From: Alphaproteobacteria bacterium
GTDB lineage: Bacteria; Pseudomonadota; Alphaproteobacteria; Rs-D84
DNA: 64,000 bases
Assembly: GCA_015062525.1 (NCBI GenBank)
Contig: SUUM01000001.1
Coordinates: forward strand, 44,796-108,795
Direction: 5' to 3'
Part shown: positions 9,284-18,542 of the stretch, piece after piece
How positions within the stretch are numbered: position 1 is the first letter of the stretch
Layout: the number at the start of each line of letters is the position of its first letter
The notes under the pieces: model-generated
Database searches by the model: none
The model's input: only the letters and a program-made list of their open reading frames with translations
Told to the model about the DNA's origin: nothing
Made by a program: the position numbers and the translations under genes

Positions 9284-11320
9284 TTATTGTGCGTTTTCGT
9301 CCGTATTTGCCGCATTTTCCGCGTCGCATTTTGGACAGAATTCATGTTTGCCCGGCAGATATCCGTGCTTTGGACAGATTGAGAACGTCGGTGTCAGCGT
9401 CATGTATGGCACCTTGTAGTTCTCAAAAATCGTACGCACGATTTTCTGGGCCGCATCACCCGATGACACAGGTTCCCCCATATACAGGTGCAACATTGTG
9501 CCACCGGTATATTTACGTTGTAATTCCTCCTGGTGTTCCAGGGCAACAAATGGATCATCTGTAAAGTTCACAGGCAGTTGCGTCGAATTGGTGTAATATG
9601 GCGCATCTGGTGTTCCCGCCGTGATAATATCTGGGAAGTTTTTAATGTCCGTTTTCGCAAAGCGATATGAACAGCCCTCTGCCGGGGTCGCTTCCAGATT
9701 ATACAGGTTGCCAGTTTGTTCCTGGAATGTGGCCAGGTTTTCACGAATGAAATCCATTACATCCAGAACCAATTTTTTGCCCATAGGTGTTGCGATATTT
9801 TCGCGATCGCCCGTGAAATTGCGCACCATTTCGTTCGCACCATTCACCCCAATGGTCGAGAAATGGTGGTTCCAATTGCCCAGATAACGCTTTGTAAATG
9901 GATACAGACCACGTTCCATATTCTTGGAAATAATCTGACGTTTGATTTCCAGCGCATCGCGCCCCAAATCCAACAGGCGTTTTAATTCTGTGAACAAACC
10001 TTCGCGGTTGCCACGATGGATATAGCCCAAACGTGCCAAGTTAATTGTTATAACGCCGATTGAACCCGTCTTTTCCGCCGAACCAAACAGACCCCCACCG
10101 CGCTTTAACAATTCGCGAACGTCCAAACGCAGACGACAGCACATAGAACGAACGTCCGTTGGATTCAAATCAGAATTCAAGAAATTCTGGAAATTTGGAA
10201 TACCGTATTTCGCCGCCAAATCAAATAACGGTTTCACATTCGGATGTTCCCATGGGAAATCAGGCGTGATGTTATATGTCGGAATTGGGAATGTAAATGG
10301 ACGGCCCAGGGCGTCGCCTTCGGTCATTACTTCCAAGAATGCCCTGTTAACCAAATCCATTTCCGCCTGAAGATCGCCGTATGTAAAGTCAACCTGTTGA
10401 CGGCCAATAAATGGACGCTGATTTTTCAAATCGGTTGGGCATGTCCAGTCAAATGTAAAGTTGATAAATGGTGTCTGGGTGCCCCAACGACATGGAACCG
10501 CGCAGTTAAAGATTAATGTCTGCATCGCATTTTTGACATCCGCATAGGACAGATTATCAATTCGTACATATGGTGCCAGATATGTGTCCACGGACGAAAA
10601 TGCCTGGGCGCCGGCAAATTCATTCTGAAGCGTCCCCAAGAAATTTACCATATGGGAAATCGCCGTCGCCATGTGTTTTGCCGGTTCGCATTGCAAATAG
10701 CCCGGAACACCGTTAAAACCCTCGTACAATAATTCGCGCAGGGACCAGCCCGCACAATACCCTGTTAACCATCCCAAATCATGAACATGAATGGCGGCGG
10801 TTTTGTGTGCCTCAGCAACCGCCCGCGGATACAGGTTTAACCAATATTCCGCGGTGACGCGTTCGCTGGTACGCAAAATCAGGCCACCGATGGAATAGCC
10901 AACATTTGCATTTTCTTTGATACGCCAGTTTGAACCACCAACATAGCCTTCGATAACTTCGACAGCATCAACCATAGATTCGCGGATTTCCGTGCGTTTC
11001 TGGCGATAGATGATATAAGCCTCGGCAGTCTTATAGGCGCGGTTGTCCATTAATGTTTGAATAACAATATCTTGGATATTTTCAACCATTGGCGTTTTGT
11101 CGGCAAATTTATCGTCCAAGCGTTTTAATACATCTTGGGTAATTTTAACAACCTCTACATCTGATATTTCAGTTGTAACCGCAACAGCCTTTTTGATGGC
11201 GTCATAAATCTTTTTCGCATCAAAAGGAACCGTTTCCCCACTGCGTTTTTGAACCGCAACCAGGCGGGTTGTCAATGTTGGTGTAATCTGAATTTTAATT
11301 TCATTTTGTGTTTCTGACAT
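9284..11320 (-). CDS. nrdD: Class III (anaerobic) ribonucleoside-triphosphate reductase with N-terminal ATP cone, lacking the glycyl-radical tail
   Basis: VQKRSGETVPFDAKKI (ATP cone), YCAGW, SMCCRL, EATPAEG, YYTNST, C-terminal CPKH...CPKC; likely start MSETQ at 11320 after GGGAG. Confidence 0.93.
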   Translation of the reverse strand: MSETQNEIKIQITPTLTTRLVAVQKRSGETVPFDAKKIYDAIKKAVAVTTEISDVEVVKITQDVLKRLDDKFADKTPMVENIQDIVIQTLMDNRAYKTAEAYIIYRQKRTEIRESMVDAVEVIEGYVGGSNWRIKENANVGYSIGGLILRTSERVTAEYWLNLYPRAVAEAHKTAAIHVHDLGWLTGYCAGWSLRELLYEGFNGVPGYLQCEPAKHMATAISHMVNFLGTLQNEFAGAQAFSSVDTYLAPYVRIDNLSYADVKNAMQTLIFNCAVPCRWGTQTPFINFTFDWTCPTDLKNQRPFIGRQQVDFTYGDLQAEMDLVNRAFLEVMTEGDALGRPFTFPIPTYNITPDFPWEHPNVKPLFDLAAKYGIPNFQNFLNSDLNPTDVRSMCCRLRLDVRELLKRGGGLFGSAEKTGSIGVITINLARLGYIHRGNREGLFTELKRLLDLGRDALEIKRQIISKNMERGLYPFTKRYLGNWNHHFSTIGVNGANEMVRNFTGDRENIATPMGKKLVLDVMDFIRENLATFQEQTGNLYNLEATPAEGCSYRFAKTDIKNFPDIITAGTPDAPYYTNSTQLPVNFTDDPFVALEHQEELQRKYTGGTMLHLYMGEPVSSGDAAQKIVRTIFENYKVPYMTLTPTFSICPKHGYLPGKHEFCPKCDAENAANTDENAQ

Positions 11321-11346
11321 TTTGATAACTCCCATTCTTGCACAAA

Positions 11347-11395
11347 ACACAACATATAGTGGTTGTTTGTTAGATTTGATTACAATATATAGTTT
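11347..11395. promoter_or_regulatory. Tandem NrdR boxes
   Basis: ACACAACATATAGTGG (11347-11362) and TTACAATATATAGTTT (11380-11395), 33 bp apart, match the acaCwAtATaTwGtg consensus directly upstream of nrdD. Confidence 0.85.
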
Positions 11396-11609
11396 TATAG
11401 AAATACTATCAATATCGAAAAAGCAAAAAAAAAATTATTTTTCGCTTTACTTTCTAGAAAGGGGATTTTCTGCATATTACAGCGGATAAACAGAATCGGT
11501 ATTCTTATACGAATATGTCTTTTGTGCCAACTTTTTATAAGAAAATCTTTTTTTTCGATTCGGAATTTATGCAAAAAACACAAAATATTGATAAAATAGA
11601 ACAAATCTT

Positions 11610-11625
11610 TCACTATATGTTGTAA
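11610..11625. promoter_or_regulatory. Third NrdR-box-like site
   Basis: TCACTATATGTTGTAA; its reverse complement TTACAACATATAGTGA has the same core as box 1. Confidence 0.6.
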
Positions 11626-11754
11626 TTTTTGATAAATACGAATCTGTTCCGATGGCATAATATTAGGTTGTTTTTCCTGTATAAAATGAGTATATTTGTG
11701 TCTGTCGGCGTTATGGTGATTCCGACGCAGTTAATAGAACATAAGGTCATTATT

Positions 11755-13344
11755 ATGATGAAAAACATCTATGAAATGCTGCAAGATGTTTGTTCGCGGA
11801 ACAAGGACGGTATTTTCCTGGTACGTCAGAACGAAACATATGCAGATTTGTTGAAAAAGGTAAAACAGCGTGCTGTTTTGTTGGCAAAACGTTTTGGTAT
11901 CAAAAAAGGCGACACGGTTGCAATTCTGTCTGGAAATACACCAGACTTTCTGCGGTCGTACTTTGCAATTGCGTCCCAGGGGGCGCGTGCACTGATGCTG
12001 GACACGGGGTTGAACACAACCGAACACGTCAATATGATGAAACGCACTGATTGTAAATTGGTGTTGGCACAAAAGTCTATGTTTATAGATAATGCGCCAT
12101 GCGAAATGTTTGATATTGAAAATATTGATGAAACGGATGACAAAGAATTTGTGATGGCAAAAACTGAGCGCAGCGATATTGCCCAGTTGTCATTCACATC
12201 GGGTTCAACCGGCAACCCAAAGGTTGTGGGTTTAACACATGAAAATCTGTTATCGTTGGCGGATGGGGCGCAATTTTACAAGCCCGTAATTCATCCGGGA
12301 TATACATTCTATGGTTTTTTACCGCTGTATCATATATATGGTGTGGTGATTAATATCATTGTACCGGTCGCTTTACAGGGCAAACTGTTATTACAACCCG
12401 TATTAAAGCCCCAGGAATTTATCAAGGACTTTAAGCAGTATAAGCCCGAGGTTATCCCCGCCGTCCCACGTATTTGGGAAGTGTTCTATAAAAAGATTGT
12501 GGACAGCGCGCGCGAAAAACACGTATGGACATTAATGCGGGTGATTGTTTCCCTGCGCCGTGTATTGCGTGCGATTGGTTTGGGCGCGCTGGTGGACAAG
12601 GTTACAAAACCAGTTCACGATGCGTTTGGTGGCAATACCAAGGTTCTGGTGTCGGCGGGCGCGACACTTAAACCATCAATACGCAAGTTCTATGAAAGCA
12701 TGGGTTTTGTTGTGGGCGATTGCTATGGTTTGACCGAAACAACGGGGCCCGCCAACTTTAACTTTGCATTCCGTCGGCCGGACGGTTCAATGTACTATGC
12801 GGGGCCATTGCCGGGTAACGAAATTCAGATTCACAACCCAGACAAACACGGGATTGGTGAAATCTGGGTGCGTGGTAATATGGTTATGCCGGGCTATCTA
12901 GAAAACGATACGGCAAATGCCGATGCGTTTGAACAAGGGTGGTTCAAGACCGGTGATATTGGTTGTCTGGACAAATATGGCCGCCTGACGGTCAAGGGAC
13001 GCCAGAAACAGGTTATCGTTCTGGACAGCGGTAAAAATGTTTATCCGGATGAATTGGAAGATTTGTATATGCAAAACGATGAAATCCTGAACGCGGCGGT
13101 GTTCGAATATGTCATCAAAGACAAAACCGTGCCGTTTGCTGTGTTCCAGGTAAAACCCGGGACTACGGTTGAACGTGTGGCGTTTCTGTTAAAGAAGTCC
13201 AACGTGCAGATTGCCCAATATAAATGGGTTAAACACTTTGCGATAACCGAAGAAGAATTGCCATCGACATCTGCGAAAAAGGTCAAGCATTTCGCAGTTC
13301 GTGATATGCTGGACAATGGGGCATTTACCCGCGCAGAACAATAA
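11755..13344 (+). CDS. AMP-binding long-chain fatty acid-CoA/ACP ligase family protein
   Basis: FTSGSTGNPK, YGLTET, FKTGD, GRQK...SGKNVYP motifs. Confidence 0.88.
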   Translation: MMKNIYEMLQDVCSRNKDGIFLVRQNETYADLLKKVKQRAVLLAKRFGIKKGDTVAILSGNTPDFLRSYFAIASQGARALMLDTGLNTTEHVNMMKRTDCKLVLAQKSMFIDNAPCEMFDIENIDETDDKEFVMAKTERSDIAQLSFTSGSTGNPKVVGLTHENLLSLADGAQFYKPVIHPGYTFYGFLPLYHIYGVVINIIVPVALQGKLLLQPVLKPQEFIKDFKQYKPEVIPAVPRIWEVFYKKIVDSAREKHVWTLMRVIVSLRRVLRAIGLGALVDKVTKPVHDAFGGNTKVLVSAGATLKPSIRKFYESMGFVVGDCYGLTETTGPANFNFAFRRPDGSMYYAGPLPGNEIQIHNPDKHGIGEIWVRGNMVMPGYLENDTANADAFEQGWFKTGDIGCLDKYGRLTVKGRQKQVIVLDSGKNVYPDELEDLYMQNDEILNAAVFEYVIKDKTVPFAVFQVKPGTTVERVAFLLKKSNVQIAQYKWVKHFAITEEELPSTSAKKVKHFAVRDMLDNGAFTRAEQ

Positions 13345-13381
13345 AAAACGGGGGGATGTACAGGTCCCCCATTTTTACGTC

Positions 13382-13411
13382 TTGACAAATTGGTTTTATG
13401 TGCTATATAGT
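13382..13411 (+). promoter_or_regulatory. Sigma70-like promoter
   Basis: TTGACA, 18-nt spacer, TATAGT upstream of the 13435 ORF. Confidence 0.6.
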
Positions 13412-13434
13412 AGTGTGTAATTAAGGGGGCAAAA

Positions 13435-14010
13435 ATGTCAAAGACAAATAAAAAAGTTTCAATGGACGTTATCAATATCTTGAAATCCGTTATGGATTAC
13501 AAGGTAAAACCCTTGCGCGCCGCCGTTGACGCGGGCAAGCAGGCGGCCCTAGAAGAACCCGTGATACACGAACAAATTGCATCGTTGCAACATTTTATAG
13601 ATAACAGCCGTTACGACCGATCCGAAGCGATGGAAGCAGAACGTGAACTGGCCGAATATGAAATGCAGGCATCGTCCATTCGTGATAAAATCAATCGTGG
13701 TAATACTGCGGCCGCCCAAATGGTATATGCAAAAAATTTTTATAAATCATATCAGGACACATGCAGAAAAATTAACAATATTCCAAAAATACGCGATATG
13801 GAATCTGAACGTGCCGAATTGGAAAATCGTTTGGCAACATTGGAACGCAATATAGAAGCCTGTGAAATCAATATGGCATCAAATTTGTACGGGGTTGACT
13901 TTGCAGATCAATCGCGCACAGATTATAAATTCTTCTGCGAGCAATACAATTCTGTATATAACCAATTACAAAAAATCATATCCGATATAAATCAATTACA
14001 ACACAGTTAA
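13435..14010 (+). CDS. Coiled-coil hypothetical protein
   Basis: 191-aa ORF with AAGGGGG SD, own promoter and downstream terminator. Confidence 0.75.
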   Translation: MSKTNKKVSMDVINILKSVMDYKVKPLRAAVDAGKQAALEEPVIHEQIASLQHFIDNSRYDRSEAMEAERELAEYEMQASSIRDKINRGNTAAAQMVYAKNFYKSYQDTCRKINNIPKIRDMESERAELENRLATLERNIEACEINMASNLYGVDFADQSRTDYKFFCEQYNSVYNQLQKIISDINQLQHS

Positions 14011-14168
14011 ACCCGCCAAATGCATTCCGCAATGGCGGTTTTTTTTTACCGCACGCGCGCGGAAATAAGATACAATATTTGAAGTTTGCTTTTTACATAT
14101 CATAAAAAATCCCCCAAATGGGGGATATCAAGATACTGCAAGACCACTCACAGATAAATCATCATAAA

Positions 14169-14468
14169 TTATCTCACAATACGATGACGAAATTCCATAC
14201 CAACTGGTCTATACACTACAACCGGCTGATACACCTGATAATGATCGATAATTTCTGTATGCGTCTTTACACGCACAGGCTGCGCCCTTTTCGCATATGG
14301 TTTTACATCACGACTGGAAACAAAATATTTTTCGCAACCATACCCACATGGCACTTCGACACTAATATTTTCATACGTTGTAATCGTTTCTGTTTCTGTA
14401 TATGTGTACGCCATCGCCACACCAGACACAAACAATGCCCCCAACGCAACCAATAAAGTCTTTTTCAT
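14169..14468 (-). CDS. Small secreted hypothetical protein
   Basis: MKKTLLVALGALFVSGVAMA signal peptide; AAGGTG SD. Confidence 0.75.
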   Translation of the reverse strand: MKKTLLVALGALFVSGVAMAYTYTETETITTYENISVEVPCGYGCEKYFVSSRDVKPYAKRAQPVRVKTHTEIIDHYQVYQPVVVYRPVGMEFRHRIVR

Positions 14469-14665
14469 TACGACACCTTTTTTAGATATGCACATTCCCC
14501 ATACCCCGATTTCACTGAAACTATAGCAAACAAATTATGAATTACCACAAAAATCATATTAATCCATATAACAACGCATATTACAAAAATTCACCAAGAA
14601 TATACACAAGGAACCTTGTGCCAAAAGGACCAGAATAAACCCGCAATAACAAAGCCACTTACTTC

Positions 14666-15142
14666 GATAAATAAAAGTTTAGTTAAGATATTAATTTTTA
14701 GAAATTAAGCACCATTACCTGCCCCCGTCGGGCCCCGAAAAATTCAGATGAATTTTTTGGGTGACTTTGTGGGGCGGGACAGTTTTACTTGACCCGCCAT
14801 GCGGGGCTTTAGTAAAACTTGGGTGGGGGCAAATATGACAAAACATCGCATACGATAACACCAGAACAGAATACATAGAATCCCAGGGCTATAAACTAAT
14901 CCGTATTCCCAATACATATTTGACCCGCACAGGAATAGATGAAGTTGTTCATACTTTGCACAGGTGCATACAAGACAATCTGGATGTGCATAATTATTTT
15001 GTGTCTCGATATAACTAACACCCCCCACCCCGGAATTCCAACGCCAATAAATTGTCGGGAATTCCGCCCGCCCCACACACGGGGGGCAGGTAATGGTGTT
15101 TAATTTCTAAAAATTAATATCTCTGTTAAACTTTTATTTATC
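14666..15142 (+). mobile_element. Non-autonomous (200-bp internally deleted) copy of the DUF559 cassette
   Basis: Near-identical to 7580-8255 but lacks 7761-7960; both inverted-repeat arms intact. Confidence 0.85.
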
Positions 15143-15227
15143 GCAGTAACGATACATCAATTGCTCTTTTTATCTCGGCTGTGCTGTGCACAGACGGATG
15201 CACTTACACTAACCACTAAAAAATCCC
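15127..15227 (+). repeat. 101-bp direct repeat, copy 1 (copy 2 at 15623-15723)
   Basis: TAAACTTTTATTTATCGCAG...CACTAACCACTAAAAAATCCC; one mismatch between the copies. Confidence 0.9.
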
Positions 15228-15286
15228 CCAACCGGGGGATTTTGTTATTCCACTCCATACGAAGGGGGCGGAAAAATTAAAAACTA

Positions 15287-15598
15287 CCGTCATACCGGCG
15301 AAGGCCGGTATCCATTGTGTTCTGCAAACTTTATTATTTGCGCTATGAAACATTAGCCCCCGGCCTGCGCCGGGGTGACGGCTTTTCTTTTAGAAATTAA
15401 AAACCTTTGTCATTACCGCGCAGGCGGTAATAGGGACCACAAACCGCGCACAACGTGCGCCAAACTTAAACAGAATTTTTTTACAAAAAATTCTGTCATC
15501 CCGGTGCTTGACACCGGGACCCAGGTAATAGAATCCTTATTATTTGTGCGCATTTTATGCGCATAACCTAGGTTCCGGGGTCAAGCCCCGGAATGACA
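15287..15598. repeat. Cluster of (C/T)GTCA-tagged REP-like palindromes, partly in inverted pairs
   Basis: CGTCATACCGGCGAAGGCCGGTATCC ... CCCCGGCCTGCGCCGGGGTGACG; TGTCATTACCGCGCAGGCGGTAAT; TGTCATCCCGGTGCTTGACACCGGGACCCAGG ... CCTAGGTTCCGGGGTCAAGCCCCGGAATGACA. Confidence 0.8.
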
Positions 15599-15622
15599 AA
15601 AACGTAAAACGTTTTTGTTAAC

Positions 15623-15723
15623 TAAACTTTTATTTATCGCAGTAACGATACATTAATTGCTCTTTTTATCTCGGCTGTGCTGTGCACAGACGGATGCACT
15701 TACACTAACCACTAAAAAATCCC
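15623..15723 (+). repeat. 101-bp direct repeat, copy 2, including a solo element right end
   Basis: TTAACTAAACTTTTATTTATC (15618-15638) is the exact reverse complement of the first 21 nt of the left arm. Confidence 0.9.
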
Positions 15724-15799
15724 GCCATCCGGGCCCCGCGCAAACGAATGTTTGCGTGGGTGGACATCTGGCGGGATTTTTTGTCCTTCCATCATCTGT

Positions 15800-17245
15800 T
15801 TATTGGATACCGACGCGGAACTGGTCACCCCATCCGGCCACATTCTGACCGCCAATGGTACATTTTATATCTTCAAAGCCGTTTTCCACCTGATTCTTTT
15901 TTACAACATGGCTGGTTACCAATGCCCCCGTTGTTCCCAACACAACACCCGCAACAGTGTCAGATGCCAGGCGCGCCGTATTAAAATTACCTTCTGCATC
16001 TTTCCATACACTAACATTATCACGGAATTTGTTGTGTATTGCGGTCAATTGGCTGTATGCACTGTTAACTCGACCCGTTTGTTCACTGACGTCTATTGTT
16101 ATGTTGACATTACTATCATTGATACAGGTCGTATTAACAATCTGTTGTGTACTGTCATACAGACGCAGAAATACATCTCTGTCTGGCTGTCCCTTGCAGT
16201 ATGTTTCTAAATCTGCAATTTCCTTTAATGCATTTGCATGCTTGGTACATTTAGATTTCCAATCTGCCAATTTTGCCATCAGTTTCTCATCGCATTTATA
16301 CACGTCAACAGATTGGTTGCTTTCAACCTTACAAATCCATTGATTGTTATTTTCTTTAATGAATTTGCCACCATTAACACATTGACATGCCTGAGCTGTA
16401 CGGTCCCAAATTGTTTCGCTGGCGGGCTTTGCACAACAGGCCTTGCATATCTCGGATTGGCAGACCGACGGATGGCATTTACCTATATATCCATTGTTAT
16501 TAGAATTACATTTTCCGCATTTGCAATTCGCGCCATCTTTTTCGACACATTCAAACGTTTCATTATTTTTACAATCGGCTTGGGATATTATTTTTCCACT
16601 ACCCTGGGTACATTCTTTAGTTAGCTCTGGGTTTGGTTGCTGTCTGTCATCCACAATACACCTGCCTTCATCATCCACCCGCATTCTATCTTGGCATTTT
16701 GTTGCTTCGCAAATAAAAGTGGGGCCTTCACGACAAATCCCTTTGAATTCTATTGCGCTATTATCTGTCTTGGTATATCCACTACAATCAGTATAAGTTA
16801 AAATACGACATCCTCCGCTTGTGTTGCCGACGCATTCTCCAACAGATATTTCCCCAAACCCTTCTGTATGACAAATCCCATCGTTTACAACTTCCCAACT
16901 ATCCCCCGAGTCCACGTCGCATTGATATGTAACCTTTCTTCTGATAACCTCTCCCTTAAAAACGTGACCTGGTTGCATAGTGATAACATCATCTTTACTA
17001 CATCCGCCTGAAATGAAGTGGTCGCATTCATAGCCCTGTCCATCTCCGGAATTTTTCTTGCCAGAATTTGTATATCCACTCTTAGTAAGATTGAATTGAT
17101 CTTCTGTTTCATATAAAAACTCGTTATCATCTGGTTCTTGAATTTTACCAAAACTTAATGTTACAGGTGAATTACACGCTGTATATCCAGTATTTATAAC
17201 TAAAAAAGCAGCAATAAAACCGTATAAAAATCCAAATTTTTTCAT
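15800..17245 (-). CDS. Cys-rich secreted protein with C-terminal glycine-zipper-like segment
   Basis: 481 aa; signal peptide; many Cys; FNTARLASDTVAGVVLGTTGALVTS. Confidence 0.8.
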   Translation of the reverse strand: MKKFGFLYGFIAAFLVINTGYTACNSPVTLSFGKIQEPDDNEFLYETEDQFNLTKSGYTNSGKKNSGDGQGYECDHFISGGCSKDDVITMQPGHVFKGEVIRRKVTYQCDVDSGDSWEVVNDGICHTEGFGEISVGECVGNTSGGCRILTYTDCSGYTKTDNSAIEFKGICREGPTFICEATKCQDRMRVDDEGRCIVDDRQQPNPELTKECTQGSGKIISQADCKNNETFECVEKDGANCKCGKCNSNNNGYIGKCHPSVCQSEICKACCAKPASETIWDRTAQACQCVNGGKFIKENNNQWICKVESNQSVDVYKCDEKLMAKLADWKSKCTKHANALKEIADLETYCKGQPDRDVFLRLYDSTQQIVNTTCINDSNVNITIDVSEQTGRVNSAYSQLTAIHNKFRDNVSVWKDAEGNFNTARLASDTVAGVVLGTTGALVTSHVVKKNQVENGFEDIKCTIGGQNVAGWGDQFRVGIQ

Positions 17246-17441
17246 AAAGAATCTCCCTTAAAGCCTACCGAATCTAAACGACCGTTTGGATTCAGCAAAT
17301 TTTCCTATTCTGATTATTTATTATTTTATCATATTTTCAGCGTTATTCCAAGAATATTTTATTTCCCATTTTATATCATTTTTGTGCCGAAACCAAACAA
17401 CCGTTTGGGCTGGGCGATTACAAGAAAGATTGCCCATAAAC

Positions 17442-17465
17442 AAATCCCGCCAAATGGCGGGATTC
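17442..17465 (-). terminator. Terminator ending the rpsM-rpsK unit
   Basis: AATCCCGCC-AAAT-GGCGGGATT immediately after the rpsK stop. Confidence 0.75.
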
Positions 17466-17469
17466 TTTA

Positions 17470-17853
17470 TTACACGCGACGTACCTTCTTTGGACGACAC
17501 CCATTGTGTGGGATACGTGTAGTATCGGTAATGGACTGCACAACTAGACCGGCATTCGCCAATCCACGTACAGCAGATTCACGACCCTGACCAATACCAC
17601 GCATCAAAACATCAACTGTTTTCATACCCATTTCGGCGACTTTCTTACCAACTGCGTCTGCAACAATTGTTGCCGCATATGGTGTGGACTTTTTTGCGCC
17701 CTTAAAATTATTTGCCCCAGCGGTTGCCCATGTCAAAACGGCGCCAGACTGGTCTGTGATTGTAATACGTGTATTGTTGTTAGTCGCAACGACATGTGCA
17801 ATACCATGCGATACTTTCTTAACAACTTTTTTCTTAGCTTTTGTAACTGCCAT
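17470..17853 (-). CDS. rpsK: 30S ribosomal protein S11
   Basis: KKSTPYAA, GRESAVR, PHNGCRP. Confidence 0.97.
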   Translation of the reverse strand: MAVTKAKKKVVKKVSHGIAHVVATNNNTRITITDQSGAVLTWATAGANNFKGAKKSTPYAATIVADAVGKKVAEMGMKTVDVLMRGIGQGRESAVRGLANAGLVVQSITDTTRIPHNGCRPKKVRRV

Positions 17854-17913
17854 TTTATTTTAACCTTTTTTCGATGTCTTCAATTAACTATGGTGTTAAT
17901 CTCTACCTTATTA

Positions 17914-18018
17914 AAAAATTAAGATAATGTTATAAATGCGCCGTTGTTGGCGAACGAAGTGTACAAAAGCTACACGAGCGAGCCACCAACAAGCAGATAT
18001 GACATTAGATTAATTTTT
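17914..18018. repeat. Long palindromic element (RPE-like), copy 1
   Basis: About 105-nt hairpin with core GTGTACAAAAGCTACACGAG; homologous element at 34755-34862. Confidence 0.7.
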
Positions 18019-18394
18019 ATTTCCCTTTTGTTGCGGAACCGGCAACCACTACACGCTTACCCTTGCGCGTGCGTGCATTTGTCTGGGTACGCTGACCACG
18101 AACCGGCAAACGGTTACGATGGCGAATACCACGGTATGCCTTCAAATCCTGCAAACGTTTGATGTTCATTGTCACTTCGCGACGAACATCACCTTCTACT
18201 TTAAAGTTTTCTTCGATGTATTTCGAAATTTTAATAACATCCTCGTCTGTCAAATCTTTTGCGCGCAGACCGTCTTTTAATTTCAACGCCTTGACGATTT
18301 GTGCCGATTTTGCCGGCCCAATACCGTGAATATACTGCAACGCAATTTCAATACGTTTTTCAGTCGGAATGTTAACACCTGCTATACGTGCCAT
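18017..18394 (-). CDS. rpsM: 30S ribosomal protein S13
   Basis: [10 protein letters not shown]...YRGIRH...[16 protein letters not shown]. Confidence 0.98.
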   Translation of the reverse strand: MARIAGVNIPTEKRIEIALQYIHGIGPAKSAQIVKALKLKDGLRAKDLTDEDVIKISKYIEENFKVEGDVRREVTMNIKRLQDLKAYRGIRHRNRLPVRGQRTQTNARTRKGKRVVVAGSATKGK

Positions 18395-18495
18395 TTTTCT
18401 TTTTCCTTTTTATTTAACTGCGGTTCCCCCAGTCCACCAGGTTCCCCGATACCCAAACCCACAGTTTCCCATGGGCTATTTTATTTTGCCGGATA

Positions 18496-18523
18496 ATTTT
18501 ATACAAAAACCGGCAAAAGTCAA
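18496..18523 (-). promoter_or_regulatory. Sigma70-like promoter for rpsM
   Basis: Minus strand TTGACT, 16-nt spacer, TAAAAT. Confidence 0.55.
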
Positions 18524-18542
18524 ATCTTGTTTTATTTCCACA

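Noticed and set aside
14744-15078. Minus-strand ORFs repeated in the element copies (also 8010-8192 and 49376-49593)
   Set aside because: Antisense by-products of the repeated cassette; no SD or recognisable motif, and they are disrupted differently between copies.
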